From NCBI GenBank assembly GCA_011364985.1, contig RDOC01000002.1:189424-253423 (forward strand): a DNA stretch of 64,000 nt, given 5' to 3'. The stretch's first letter is position 1. Each line of letters begins with the position of its first letter. Made by a program: the position numbers and the translations under genes. The stretch is from Candidatus Thorarchaeota archaeon (GTDB taxonomy: Archaea > Asgardarchaeota > Thorarchaeia > Thorarchaeales > Thorarchaeaceae). This document shows positions 51,833 through 62,273 of this stretch, one piece after another. The notes below the pieces were generated by a model. That model ran no database searches, was not told the origin of the DNA, and saw nothing but the letters and a program-made list of their open reading frames with translations.

Positions 51833-52687
51833 CTATTCGTATTCCAACGCAGCCAACTTCATGAGGTCGATGTCTTCAATCATTCCAATAAGACCGCCCG
51901 TCGCAGAAAGTACTGGAGCCTGGTCAATATCATTCTTTCTAAAAATCCTGACACATTCAGGAATTGTGGTGACTTCACTGGCACTGATAAGATTCTTCGT
52001 CATTTTTTCTTTTACTGGGTTATTTGGAAGTCGGAGTAGCTTCTTGGTTACAACTAGGAAATCTTTTGAATCCCAGCTCCACTCAACAGTGGTTTCTGTC
52101 CCACTATATGTCTTTGAGATGTTGTTTTCGACCTCGACTTCTGAGAGGCGTATGAAATCACTTACAGTAATCATTCCTGTCACTCCACCACTTTGATTAA
52201 GGATTACAAGTGCATTTCTATGCGCCATTTCCATTATCATATAGGCTAGTGGCAAGGGAGTCTCTTCCCAAGCACCAGTAATCTCTCTTCGAACGAATTC
52301 TCTAATGGGTGTGTCCACGAATTTCTCATTTTCTTCGAGTACCGCACCCAATATGTCGGGAATAGAGACAAGCCCAGCCAATTCTTCATTTTCAACGACC
52401 GGAAGACGTCTGAACCCCTTCTCTATTATCATTCTAATTGCTGTCTTAATGTGAGTCCTCGGAGTGACCGAAACGGGATCTCTGACCATGAGCATTGCCA
52501 GCTGGGTTTCATCAGCCTTCTTCAGAAGGTCACTCCTGGTGACCATTCCGACAAGTTTCTTGGTACCCTTCTTTACAACTGGAATACCATTGATTTGTTT
52601 CTCAGCCATTAACTGAAGTACATCGTCTCTCGTGCCTGGCACTGATATATATGCCACGTCGGACTGCATGCATTCGCTAACCTTCAT
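51833..52687 (-). CDS. CBS domain protein (four CBS)
   Basis: Repeated PVV...LVG.VT..D CBS motifs. Confidence 0.9.
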   Translation of the reverse strand: MKVSECMQSDVAYISVPGTRDDVLQLMAEKQINGIPVVKKGTKKLVGMVTRSDLLKKADETQLAMLMVRDPVSVTPRTHIKTAIRMIIEKGFRRLPVVENEELAGLVSIPDILGAVLEENEKFVDTPIREFVRREITGAWEETPLPLAYMIMEMAHRNALVILNQSGGVTGMITVSDFIRLSEVEVENNISKTYSGTETTVEWSWDSKDFLVVTKKLLRLPNNPVKEKMTKNLISASEVTTIPECVRIFRKNDIDQAPVLSATGGLIGMIEDIDLMKLAALEYE

Positions 52688-52862
52688 TGTTTATATCACT
52701 CCGGTTTCTTAGAAATGACTTCGTAGAGCTTTCAGCCTTACATATGAGCCCATGTGGATTTCTTGACTAATTAAAAAATGACATGGGACCATACGAACCT
52801 TTGGTCTTTACCTTTAAAACATTGGTGGAACTCTGTTCATGACACGGAAAGGCATTCAATCA

Positions 52863-53423
52863 TCACCATGGATTTCTCTTAAGACCAAGTAGGTATCCCA
52901 AAGCGTTGCTGATCCAGTGAATTGCCAATGTAACCAGGATTAAGATTACAACAAAGATTGGTTCTGGTTGTAAAACAGGATACGCAAAAAGAAGCCCCAT
53001 AATCATGAAACCAAGTTGGTCCAGCATCGGTGACGGGGCGCCGCTTTCAAGATTGATTCTCCTTTTCAAGAAGGATCCAAAAATATCGCCTATCAATGCC
53101 CCCAAGGAGAGAAGTACTGCTGAGGGAATCGTCATGAATAACACGTACTCCATATTGGAGGTCACCTTAACAAACTGAGCCAACAAAGGAAGCAAGTGAG
53201 GAGCGATCATGTTCTGACTTACGCCAGTCAAAATGCCAAAGAATACGCCTGCAAGGAAACCACGAATTGTTTTGCCATCACCTAGTAACCTTCTCCCATC
53301 TCGAAGAGTTCTTCCTCCGTCAATGGACTGCCCACCACCAAAGATCACTGGTGTTGCATTGGCAATCCACGCAGGCAATCCAAGCCAAACTGCTAATTCT
53401 AACATGGCTAAAGCTTCAAACAT
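52863..53423 (-). CDS. carS: CDP-archaeol synthase
   Basis: PAWIANA.PV, DGG..L.DGRRLLGDGKT.RG, GD..GSFLKRR, LDQL. Confidence 0.93.
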   Translation of the reverse strand: MFEALAMLELAVWLGLPAWIANATPVIFGGGQSIDGGRTLRDGRRLLGDGKTIRGFLAGVFFGILTGVSQNMIAPHLLPLLAQFVKVTSNMEYVLFMTIPSAVLLSLGALIGDIFGSFLKRRINLESGAPSPMLDQLGFMIMGLLFAYPVLQPEPIFVVILILVTLAIHWISNALGYLLGLKRNPW

Positions 53424-53455
53424 CGGCGCAGCTCCAATTCAAGCACCAGATAGTG

Positions 53456-54178
53456 TCACATTTCACTGTTTCCCTTGGATGCTTGTTCGGTTTGCAAGCC
53501 TCTTTCCGTTATATAGAGGACACATTTCTTTGGTTCGCCTCCCGGCCTTGTTCTAATCAAAACTCGTTCTCCTGTGGCTCGTCCAATGTTTATTCTCAAT
53601 ACGTAGTCTGCCCAATAATCGAGTATATTCTCCGCTACGGGTTCTATATCCACTACGCCATCTATTCTAGACCGAACTTGATTGAGTACTACAACAGCTA
53701 TATCTTTCTGTTGAGACAACCCTTTCAATATGCCCGTTTGTCGGTTCAATTCACGATGGTTCGAGTAATTAGTCTTCTGATCATCAAGGACTGACCGATA
53801 CAACCTAGTAAGAGTATCAATCACAACAAGTCTGGTCCCTTCCTTAGCATATAACTCAACATCATCAATTAGGGCAGCCTGTTCTTGAAAACTCCTTGGC
53901 ACAAGAATTCGAAATTTCTCCTTCAGCTCATCATATGATTGTCCTGATACTTGTTCCAATCTCTCAACTGGTGACGCCGCTTCAGTGTTAATGTACACAG
54001 TATCAATATCCATTCGGCAAGCAGAACCTGCAAACTGCAAGGCAACCGTAGTCTTTCCTGAAGCGGCTTCTCCATAGATATGGATCAACTGCCCCGTAGG
54101 GAGTCCTCCACCAAAAAGCCGGTCTAGCAGAGAAACACCTGACGGAAGAATCAAATTGCTCTTCACCACTCTCAACAT
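53456..54178 (-). CDS. radB: DNA repair protein RadB (RecA superfamily)
   Basis: LDRLFGGG, YGEAASGKTT, LVVID, VLNQV; no N-terminal HhH domain. Confidence 0.85.
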   Translation of the reverse strand: MLRVVKSNLILPSGVSLLDRLFGGGLPTGQLIHIYGEAASGKTTVALQFAGSACRMDIDTVYINTEAASPVERLEQVSGQSYDELKEKFRILVPRSFQEQAALIDDVELYAKEGTRLVVIDTLTRLYRSVLDDQKTNYSNHRELNRQTGILKGLSQQKDIAVVVLNQVRSRIDGVVDIEPVAENILDYWADYVLRINIGRATGERVLIRTRPGGEPKKCVLYITERGLQTEQASKGNSEM

Positions 54179-54218
54179 GTCATTTGGGAAGTGATAAGGC
54201 TAACTCAGGAGTATAACA

Positions 54219-54977
54219 ATGATTAGATATGATGTGGCAATATGCACAGACAATCCAAAGCTCATCTATCTTATTGTTGAACTGGTCAAGAAGCTGGATC
54301 TTAGCTTTGTCATTTGTAGAACAGACGATTTCAGATCTGATGCATCCCGAGTCATAGTAACAACACATGATGATGGAGCACATTTTGATAATCGTGTTGT
54401 CATCGTAGGACCTAATTTCGAGCCTGAATTCACGATAATCGCGATTATGACGAAACTGCTGAACATACGACCTCCTTTCGAGTTTGTTGTCGGTGTCGAC
54501 CCAGGTATGCAATATGGTCTGGCCTTGGTTGCAAATGGGAACACAATTCACTCAAAAGCGATGCAATCGCCGCATGCCGCCGCACGCAGTACCTTCCTTT
54601 GGGGTGAATACATCTCCAAGGAATTCCAATCAGAAATGACAATTCGTGTAGGTACTGGTTCCCGCCTTTATTCTGTGCTTTATCTTCGAGCAATCCTTGA
54701 TGAGGGAATTTCGATGCCTATTGAGCTTGTTGATGAGAGGCATACCACCTTTGTTGGAGAATCCGACAAATCCTCTGCAGTTCTAATCGCATTGCGAAAT
54801 GGGCGTGAACTCACAAGTAATGACCTGCTTTTGGATGTCAAAACAGGATACATAAGATCAATCAAGCATTTCGCAAATAGACTTACCAATGGGAAAAGAG
54901 TCTTGTCGACTTCAGAAGCGGGCGCTATTATATCTGGTCAGTTATCTATTGACCATCTTCTGTTTGATTCTGGTTAG
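54219..54977 (+). CDS. Hypothetical protein with RNase H-like (YqgF-type) domain
   Basis: VGVDPG..YGLA, IRVGTG, LVDE..TT. Confidence 0.7.
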   Translation: MIRYDVAICTDNPKLIYLIVELVKKLDLSFVICRTDDFRSDASRVIVTTHDDGAHFDNRVVIVGPNFEPEFTIIAIMTKLLNIRPPFEFVVGVDPGMQYGLALVANGNTIHSKAMQSPHAAARSTFLWGEYISKEFQSEMTIRVGTGSRLYSVLYLRAILDEGISMPIELVDERHTTFVGESDKSSAVLIALRNGRELTSNDLLLDVKTGYIRSIKHFANRLTNGKRVLSTSEAGAIISGQLSIDHLLFDSG

Positions 54978-56902
54978 ATGGCAAAGAAGGCTTGTATTTG
55001 CTGTGCAATCATGTCGGGATTGTCTGGTACTACTTGAACGATTTCATCAATCCAAGAGGGCATGAACCTGCGGAGATAGGGTGTCGCAAAACGTTGATCC
55101 AATAGCACTATCACTCCCTTGTCATCCAGTCTTCTGACTGGTCTTCCTGCAGCCTGAATGGCTCTAGTCATTGCAGGAAGTACGTAGGCATAATCTCTTC
55201 CTTTCTGGTTGAAACGATAATCGTAGTATTTTATGAGAGCTTCGCCACGTGGAGTGGGTCTAGCATAAGGTACTCCCACAACAATGACGCTTTCCATTGT
55301 GGGTCCAGGAAAATCTCCTCCCTCCGAATTCCGGCCCCCTTGAACGCCCAAGAGAACTGCTCTCTCCCTTGCCCCCATTCTCTTGAAATCTTCTACCATC
55401 CTATCGTTTTCGGAGCCTTTCATGTTAGGTCTTTCTTGGAATAATTTCATTTTCAGACGGCTCTGGAGTCCAACTTTCAGGAGTTCCTCTGCAATACCAT
55501 AACTAGTCGTAAAGATGCCAGTGTTACCGGGGGTTGCATGTGCCACTGCAACACAGTGATTCACCATTCGTTCAAACATATCCTCGGTTCTAGCTGAATA
55601 AGATGTATCCAAGTTCTCAATTATGAAACAAAGTCTGTTCTGTGCTGAGAATGGATTGCTAAAAGATTGCATCAGTGTTTCTTGCCCCAAACCTAGCATT
55701 TCCGAATATGCAGCTAATGGAGAAATCGTACCAGAAACAGCTACGGAGCTGTGAATCATCCTAAGAATAGGGCTAGTAACCACTGTCGGATCAAGTGCTA
55801 CTAGGTCAAGCGAGATTCTTCGACTATCACCAGGCTTGACACTTGATGCAAGAAAGAATGCGTAGTCATCTTGATCTACCAGTTCCATCCATCTCAGCAT
55901 GAAATCAGCCACCCGATAGATCGAAGACCTCGGAAACTTGCCTGCTTTCAAGAGGCCTCGCTTGATCTTGTATCCTAAGTCCTTCATATGTGCAAGAATA
56001 TTCATGTGTTCATCCAAATCAGATAGATGAAATGCATAGTCATAGATAGACTTGGGACCCACAATGATTTCATCATTTGCCCCAAGACCTGACGCCTGCT
56101 CGAGAATACTTTTCGCAAGTCCCCTACAAAACTCCTTGGAGGGTGTATCGTTGTAAGTAGTTGCCTCACGCATTGCTTGTCTAACTGAACCCACAGTCAG
56201 AGAGTCGCTAGCAGAGTCAAGAGCTGTAGATGGAACATTATGTGCCTCATCCTGTACCAATACTACTTTTCCCATAGGTGTTTCAAGTTCCGGAAGGAAT
56301 GCCTCAAGAATCCAAGGGTCAAAGACATACAAGTATGATAGAGCAACAACATCTACGACCTTGGCAAGTTTCTTTGCCAGTTCATATGGACAAAGAGATC
56401 TTGCCTTTGCTATTTCGACTATGTCAAGTGCAGTCAGCACCTTCCCGGGCATCTCCTCCAGTAGGTCGGCTGGGGAACCAGCTTGTTTCAGATTCTCATA
56501 GAAGACGCAGCGGCCGCTTGTCTTGAGATGGCCACAGACCTCGCTAATTGGTGCCACTAGGTCAGCGTTCTCCAAGACAAATTGATTAACGCACATATGT
56601 TTTCTTCCACGAAATGATATACCGCTTACGTTCCTCTTATCCGACATAGATCCCATTTCTTCCACTACTCGGTCAAGTTGCCTATGAGTACGAGCACAAT
56701 AGAGGACCTTGCCTTCTCTTTCTTTGATCCAAGGGAGAACTCCTGACAGAGTAGCACACGTTTTTCCAAAGCCATTAGGCGCTTCAGCACATATGTTCGT
56801 CCCAGCTCTCACTGCTTCTTCAATTCTGGCCATCATCTCATCTTGACCCTTCCTCGGCGTAGAATATGGAAAAAAGTCAGCGAAGCTTGATCTTGAAATC
56901 AT
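54974..56902 (-). CDS. XPD/Rad3-like Fe-S DNA helicase
   Basis: FPY..PR.GQ, EAPNGFGKT, RTH.Q, Cys cluster, DEAHN, SEG.DF, QAAGR..R. Confidence 0.93.
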   Translation of the reverse strand: MISRSSFADFFPYSTPRKGQDEMMARIEEAVRAGTNICAEAPNGFGKTCATLSGVLPWIKEREGKVLYCARTHRQLDRVVEEMGSMSDKRNVSGISFRGRKHMCVNQFVLENADLVAPISEVCGHLKTSGRCVFYENLKQAGSPADLLEEMPGKVLTALDIVEIAKARSLCPYELAKKLAKVVDVVALSYLYVFDPWILEAFLPELETPMGKVVLVQDEAHNVPSTALDSASDSLTVGSVRQAMREATTYNDTPSKEFCRGLAKSILEQASGLGANDEIIVGPKSIYDYAFHLSDLDEHMNILAHMKDLGYKIKRGLLKAGKFPRSSIYRVADFMLRWMELVDQDDYAFFLASSVKPGDSRRISLDLVALDPTVVTSPILRMIHSSVAVSGTISPLAAYSEMLGLGQETLMQSFSNPFSAQNRLCFIIENLDTSYSARTEDMFERMVNHCVAVAHATPGNTGIFTTSYGIAEELLKVGLQSRLKMKLFQERPNMKGSENDRMVEDFKRMGARERAVLLGVQGGRNSEGGDFPGPTMESVIVVGVPYARPTPRGEALIKYYDYRFNQKGRDYAYVLPAMTRAIQAAGRPVRRLDDKGVIVLLDQRFATPYLRRFMPSWIDEIVQVVPDNPDMIAQQIQAFFAI

Positions 56903-57016
56903 GTGTCCCTCATAAACCGAATTGGTGGTTGCCTGATAACACTGTTGTTTGGTCCCAGATGAGGTATTTCGGCAAGGATATATTCTTCCCGCTTTTCTGG
57001 TTTCACAGGTGGTATC

Positions 57017-57361
57017 ATGGAATTCTCAGACATTAGACAGTTCGAACTAGACACCTCCCGTGGCAAAGTCAGGGTTCGCGTCATGGAGTTTGAAAATGGC
57101 CAGCTCTTCCTTCTCTCCGACTCCGAGAAGTTTCGTCTAGGCCTTACAGCAATTGCGATTCCTCCTGGTCAAGGTAGGGCTGAACCAACCTCTACTGGCT
57201 TCTTATCGGCTGGCATTGACTCAGCACATATCCGAACAATCGCAGAGCGTGTTTCGTCTTGGGTCGGGCAGACATGTATGATAGTCGCCGCTGTGGGTAC
57301 CATAGATCAGCCCTATATGCTTGAGCTTCTGACCTCTCTCAAGGAACATATTCTTTCTTGA
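57017..57361 (+). CDS. Hypothetical protein (tentatively proteasome assembly chaperone PAC4-like)
   Basis: 114 aa; EFENG..LLS...RLG..AIA.P...IAERVS pattern, family call tentative. Confidence 0.6.
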   Translation: MEFSDIRQFELDTSRGKVRVRVMEFENGQLFLLSDSEKFRLGLTAIAIPPGQGRAEPTSTGFLSAGIDSAHIRTIAERVSSWVGQTCMIVAAVGTIDQPYMLELLTSLKEHILS

Positions 57362-57563
57362 TTGCTTCTATAACCTCAGCGACCCATATCCCAGTGCCTT
57401 CGGCTTTCAGTACTCCCTCAAGATAGTCGTGCCACTGCATACTGCCATATGCCTTTTCCCATCTATCAAACATCTTCCTAAGTTCTTCATAGGCGTTTTG
57501 ATGATATCTACAAAACCTATGCTCTTCTTGTATGGGTCTGCCACATATTATGCAACTGGTCAT
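57339..57563 (-). CDS. Small zinc-binding protein
   Basis: MTSCIICGR...FCRYH; start overlaps the topA stop. Confidence 0.75.
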   Translation of the reverse strand: MTSCIICGRPIQEEHRFCRYHQNAYEELRKMFDRWEKAYGSMQWHDYLEGVLKAEGTGIWVAEVIEAIKKEYVP

Positions 57564-59719
57564 TTTTCTTCCTCTTCCGAATACCCAGATGACTTCTCTC
57601 TCTTCTGGTGCAATGTCTTGAGGTCTTCCTGGCGTCCTGGGCACACAGCCCAATTGATACAAGTTTCCCATACTCGTCTGGATGAGATGACCTTGATCAT
57701 CTGATGTGAGCAGTACGGACACTGCTTCTCAAGCGGTATGATTCTTCCTTTCTGCGGAAGTGGAAAAGTCTGGTCGCATTTTTCTTCCTTGTACTGCGAA
57801 CAACCAATGAATCTCTTTCCTGTCTTCGGCGACTTGATTATGGAGAGAGTTCCTACACCACATTTTGGGCAGGGCCCTATCTCTTCACTTGCTTGCCAAT
57901 AGCCTTGAAGACCCTTGACAAGATCTTCTCCAATCTCATCTTCATGTTCTCGAAAGGCTCTCAGTATTTCATCTAGTTCTCTCTTCGCCAGTGACAAAGC
58001 TTTCTCTCTGTCGCCAGTCCCCTCCTGAATATGTTCCATCTCCGTTTCAAGATTCCGCGTAAACTCAGCTGACAGGATTGCGGGCACATGTGACTCCAGT
58101 GTTTCATAGAGTGCATAGCCCAGAGATGACAATTCAAAGCTGCTAGCGAGTGTATAGCCTCGAGATTGAGCAGAATCCACGATTGATGCTCTAGTCGCCT
58201 TGGTGCCCAAACCCTTTTTCTCAAGAAGCTTCAATAGACTTGATGGGTTGTAATGTGCTGGCGGCGCCGAATACCGATTATCTGCTGCAATAGAAGTTAT
58301 CTTGAAACTGTCCCCTTCCTTTATCGATGGAAGTGTCCTTTCATTGTTTTTGACGTATGGTCCGTAAACCACTATCCATCCTTCTCTAATTATCTTCATT
58401 CCTCGCAGATAGAATAGATGATCATCCGCCTTGAGGTTTGCTCGCAAGAATTCCTTTATCGAAGGTTCATAGAACAATCCAAGAAACCTACGAACCACAA
58501 GATCATACACTTTGAACTCGGAGGGTGTTAGTCTTCTTTCAGGTTTCTTTCCTGTTGGGTAGATTGCAGGATGAGCAGGGTCATCCTTTGGACCTTGTAC
58601 AGGTTCAGGTATTCCTCTTGAGAGAATATTCATTGCATATTGCCTATACGCGGTTTCCCTTAGCTCTTCAAGAATCTCCCTAAGATCAATGCCCAGTGGC
58701 AGCTTCTGACTATTTGTTCTCGGATATGATATCAGTGCGTCCAAGTACAGCTTCTGAGCAATGGAGAGCGTCCTACTTGGTTTAAAGCCGAAATACCGAT
58801 AACTCTCAGACTGCAGACCACTCAGATTGAAAGGTATAGGGGCAGTCTGTTTCTGTTTCTTACTCAAAATCGACTCAACTCTCAAATCCCTTCCTTGAAG
58901 TTCATCAGCAATTCTTTGGGCGTCCTCTTTCAGGTCTAGTCTTTTCTTATGGTATTCAAGTTCGAGTTCTTTACCATTATGACCTGCCTTTGCACTTATT
59001 ACCCAGAAGGGTATCGGTACGAACTTCTTGATTTTCTGATCATTTTCTGCCAAGAAAGCTAACGTGGGCCCCTGTACTCTCCCGGTCGAAACAATCCTAA
59101 ACCACCCTGCAGCCTTCTTCACTGAGAGTGTTAGAGCTCTCGTAAGATTAATTCCATAAAGCCAGTCGATCTCATGACGTGCATGACCCGCTTCAATCAT
59201 TGGAAAATCCAGTTGTTGGGATAAATTCTCGTACGCGTGCTCTAGTTCCTTTTTCGTGAGTGTTGAGAATATCATCCTCTTTGCATTGTCTGGGTTCACC
59301 CTGCAACCATACTTCAGAGTGAGATACCCGATGAGGCTGCCTTCAATGTCAAAATCAGTAGCTACAACAAATGAATCAGCATCCTTGGCCAGTTTCCTAA
59401 TTAAGTTGATTATGGGTTCTATCTTGGAGGCTTTCTTGTCAACCTCATATTTCGGAACCCATTCCGTTTCAAAACGTGGGTAAGTCCATCCCTTTTCTGT
59501 CTGACGTAATTCGAAGAGATGACCCAGAGCATATGCAACAATAAGCGTATCTCCATTGCGTTCGCATTCGAAATAAGATGCTGATTTGCTCTTTGTTTCT
59601 CTGAGATTTCCGTTTTGATCAAGTGCTTCAGCTATTCTCCTTGCAGCAGTTGGCTTCTCTGAGATTATCATGACCTTCGACAGCTTCCGTCGCCTCGCAT
59701 TGAAATCTGTGGACATCAT
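57560..59719 (-). CDS. topA: DNA topoisomerase I (type IA) with C-terminal Zn ribbons
   Basis: ISEKP, ATDFDIEG, STGRVQ, ISYPRT, AHPAI.PT, GLGTKATR. Confidence 0.97.
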   Translation of the reverse strand: MMSTDFNARRRKLSKVMIISEKPTAARRIAEALDQNGNLRETKSKSASYFECERNGDTLIVAYALGHLFELRQTEKGWTYPRFETEWVPKYEVDKKASKIEPIINLIRKLAKDADSFVVATDFDIEGSLIGYLTLKYGCRVNPDNAKRMIFSTLTKKELEHAYENLSQQLDFPMIEAGHARHEIDWLYGINLTRALTLSVKKAAGWFRIVSTGRVQGPTLAFLAENDQKIKKFVPIPFWVISAKAGHNGKELELEYHKKRLDLKEDAQRIADELQGRDLRVESILSKKQKQTAPIPFNLSGLQSESYRYFGFKPSRTLSIAQKLYLDALISYPRTNSQKLPLGIDLREILEELRETAYRQYAMNILSRGIPEPVQGPKDDPAHPAIYPTGKKPERRLTPSEFKVYDLVVRRFLGLFYEPSIKEFLRANLKADDHLFYLRGMKIIREGWIVVYGPYVKNNERTLPSIKEGDSFKITSIAADNRYSAPPAHYNPSSLLKLLEKKGLGTKATRASIVDSAQSRGYTLASSFELSSLGYALYETLESHVPAILSAEFTRNLETEMEHIQEGTGDREKALSLAKRELDEILRAFREHEDEIGEDLVKGLQGYWQASEEIGPCPKCGVGTLSIIKSPKTGKRFIGCSQYKEEKCDQTFPLPQKGRIIPLEKQCPYCSHQMIKVISSRRVWETCINWAVCPGRQEDLKTLHQKREKSSGYSEEEEK

Positions 59720-59805
59720 CTGATAAATGACGAGTAGTACGACCTTTCATGCCACGATAGTCTTAAAAGCAGACTGCAAAACCTGCCGTTTAGAGGTCTG
59801 GTATT

Positions 59806-60225
59806 TTGAAGTACTGGTGGCCCCGATTCATTGTAAGACCAAGGGTTCGGCTCTCAAGACCAAGATTTGGGATGCCCACACGTCCTCCAGACACAGTGAT
59901 ATTCGCAGTAGTCTTCATAGCCATTGTTTTCATTCTCGGCGGCAATATCTATACTCTAATCAAAACACCACCCGCAATCGCGGGAAATCCAAGCGGAGGA
60001 GCTCCACTCCTCGTTATTCCTGTTGTTGACCAGCAACTTGGTTTGGAAGGGATTGTTGCCTCGGTTGTTGTTGTTATGGGAAGTATTGGTCTAGGACTGA
60101 TATACTACAGCTCCAAGTATGTGTTCCAGCCTGGGACAGCTACTCGATTAATGATTCTTGGAATGCTATTTGCTGGAGCTGCATTCCTCGTCTTTACCTA
60201 CCTCTTCGCCTTAAAGACAAGTTGA
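59806..60225 (+). CDS. OST3/OST6/OSTC(DC2)-like oligosaccharyltransferase subunit
   Basis: GGNIY.LI..PP...Q...EG..AS...G..G motif with 3 TM, matching the DC2/OST3 C-terminal pattern. Confidence 0.75.
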   Translation: MKYWWPRFIVRPRVRLSRPRFGMPTRPPDTVIFAVVFIAIVFILGGNIYTLIKTPPAIAGNPSGGAPLLVIPVVDQQLGLEGIVASVVVVMGSIGLGLIYYSSKYVFQPGTATRLMILGMLFAGAAFLVFTYLFALKTS

Positions 60226-60252
60226 CATAATTCTTCAGGGGTGCACTGGTAT

Positions 60253-60975
60253 CTAGCTCATGAGATTGTAATCTAAATCCGATTGTTCCACGAGATTTCG
60301 AATTAGTCTTTTTGCAATAACAAGTTTGCTGCGTTTCCGTTCATTTGCCCAAACTGCGACTTCAAAGCTCGGTTTTGACCAATGACCTACAATATGCCCG
60401 AAATCCATACCAGCTAGTACTAGTTTTCGTGGTCTGTAGCTCATCACAATATGACACGCACGGTCACCATCTGTGAAGCCTCCCCATAAGAACACATTTC
60501 CAATGGGTCTGACCTGCGTGCTTCCCAAAATTTGCCCAAGTCGTGGCACAATGTCTTTCACCGGCTGTATATTATCACCATGAGCATGGACTATTGGAAT
60601 GGCACCTCTTCTCACAACTTCTTCGAGATCTCTCTGACGTCCATCCAAGTCAGTGACCAAGACATCGCACCTATGTTCTCCTTTGAGTAATGCCGACGCT
60701 GCACCATCAGCTGCAACTATTGTGAAATTTGACAGTCCATACTGCTTCTCGATTTCATTAAGATGCCTCTCAAGAGAGGGACCTGCACCGCATATCACCA
60801 CATCCCTATCAGCCAATAACGTTTCAAGTTTGACCAGAAGAGGCGCAGGATTTTGACCATCAATCAGCGAACGTAGTACTTCAGTCGCCTCGTAGTCAGC
60901 TTCTGTGTTTAATCCCAGCTCCTCTACAATTCTCAAGTATTGTGGTTTCCACTCACCCCACTCCAGTAATATCAC
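60253..60975 (-). CDS. mptE: 6-hydroxymethyl-7,8-dihydropterin pyrophosphokinase MptE
   Basis: GAGPSL, AADGA, VTDLDG, HAHGDN, GGFTDGDRA. Confidence 0.92.
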   Translation of the reverse strand: MILLEWGEWKPQYLRIVEELGLNTEADYEATEVLRSLIDGQNPAPLLVKLETLLADRDVVICGAGPSLERHLNEIEKQYGLSNFTIVAADGAASALLKGEHRCDVLVTDLDGRQRDLEEVVRRGAIPIVHAHGDNIQPVKDIVPRLGQILGSTQVRPIGNVFLWGGFTDGDRACHIVMSYRPRKLVLAGMDFGHIVGHWSKPSFEVAVWANERKRSKLVIAKRLIRNLVEQSDLDYNLMS

Positions 60976-62186
60976 CCCAGTTTCTCTTCTCGTTCCTCTA
61001 GTATGACTCTCATTGATGTTGCTATTCCCTCTAAACCGAAATACTTCATACCAGAGAGCTTCTTCACTAATCGGCGGATTTGCAACAGAGTTCCCATTAC
61101 CAATATATCAGTCCTATCAATTCCAAAATCAATTGTATCGTGGTGATATGCAGCATCACCGCCTAAGGACAGCATTTCCTGTTTGATAATAAGTGCTGCT
61201 GGAGGACTCGCATTCTGAATAAGAAAATTCAGAGTTATGGATTTTCTTGAGAGGAACTTCTTAATTGTCGATTGTGCTCCTAACTGCTCAATAGCAATCT
61301 CACTTTCTTTCTCATCTTGAATATCAAGAAGAATTACATTATCATTTGCCTGTGTTCTATGCTTTCTCACAGCCTCGCCCATTTTTGCAGCCAACTTTGC
61401 TTCCTTTACATCATGAGCACGTATAATACTCGCTCCATTTGCAACAGCTATCGTCGTTGCAGCAATTGTTCCGATTAACCTGTCATGTGGGTCCTCCTGT
61501 TCTAGAACGGCCCCGATGAAGGCTTTCCTAGATAGGCCAACAAGTATTGGTTGTCTTAGAATGGAAAATCGACCCAATTCTCTTAGCAGCCTGAGATCTG
61601 CTTCTGGTGGTTTTCCAAAACCAATTCCGGGATCCAAAACAACTCTACTCCTGTCAATTCCGCCCTTCAGAGCGATATCCATACTTTTCCTCAGTGAAGT
61701 CATGGAATCATCAAGGCTATTGCAGCTTGGTTTGCAGTGTGCCATCAGAACTGCTGGTACTCGTCTAGTACTAACCACATCCACCATTCTGTCATCTTGT
61801 TGAAGTCCAGATACGTCGTTAACAAGTACTGCTCCCATGTCCAACGCCGCTTCGGCAATCTTTGATGATGTGGTGTCAATGGAAAATGGAATCTCTGTGA
61901 TTGCCTTCAGAATTTCCATTGCCCACACTACTCTCTCCAGTTCCTTTTCCAGACTGGTTTCTCTGGCGCCATAGATTGCCTCTGGTGCAGTGGAAGCACC
62001 ACCAATATCAATGATGTCAACTCCTGCCCTCGTCATTTCATTCACAGCTCCTTTCAGATCATTCTCACTCTGAGCCACGGATTCACCATAGAACGACTCA
62101 GGCGATAGATTGATGACTCCCATTATTCGAACAGGATGATTTTGTCCAACAACCAAATCCCCAATTTGTACTTCATGTGAGAACAA
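60972..62186 (-). CDS. folP: Dihydropteroate synthase with extra C-terminal domain
   Basis: MGVINLSPESF, DIGG.ST, NDVSG, DPGIGFGK, SRKAF, RAHDV. Confidence 0.93.
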   Translation of the reverse strand: MFSHEVQIGDLVVGQNHPVRIMGVINLSPESFYGESVAQSENDLKGAVNEMTRAGVDIIDIGGASTAPEAIYGARETSLEKELERVVWAMEILKAITEIPFSIDTTSSKIAEAALDMGAVLVNDVSGLQQDDRMVDVVSTRRVPAVLMAHCKPSCNSLDDSMTSLRKSMDIALKGGIDRSRVVLDPGIGFGKPPEADLRLLRELGRFSILRQPILVGLSRKAFIGAVLEQEDPHDRLIGTIAATTIAVANGASIIRAHDVKEAKLAAKMGEAVRKHRTQANDNVILLDIQDEKESEIAIEQLGAQSTIKKFLSRKSITLNFLIQNASPPAALIIKQEMLSLGGDAAYHHDTIDFGIDRTDILVMGTLLQIRRLVKKLSGMKYFGLEGIATSMRVILEEREEKLG

Positions 62187-62273
62187 CGGTAGTATCTCCG
62201 AAGTGAGTATAGCGGAAAGGAAATAAAACCTAGCTGAATCGCCAAAACGTAGCAGTGATTGTGGCGATTCATC

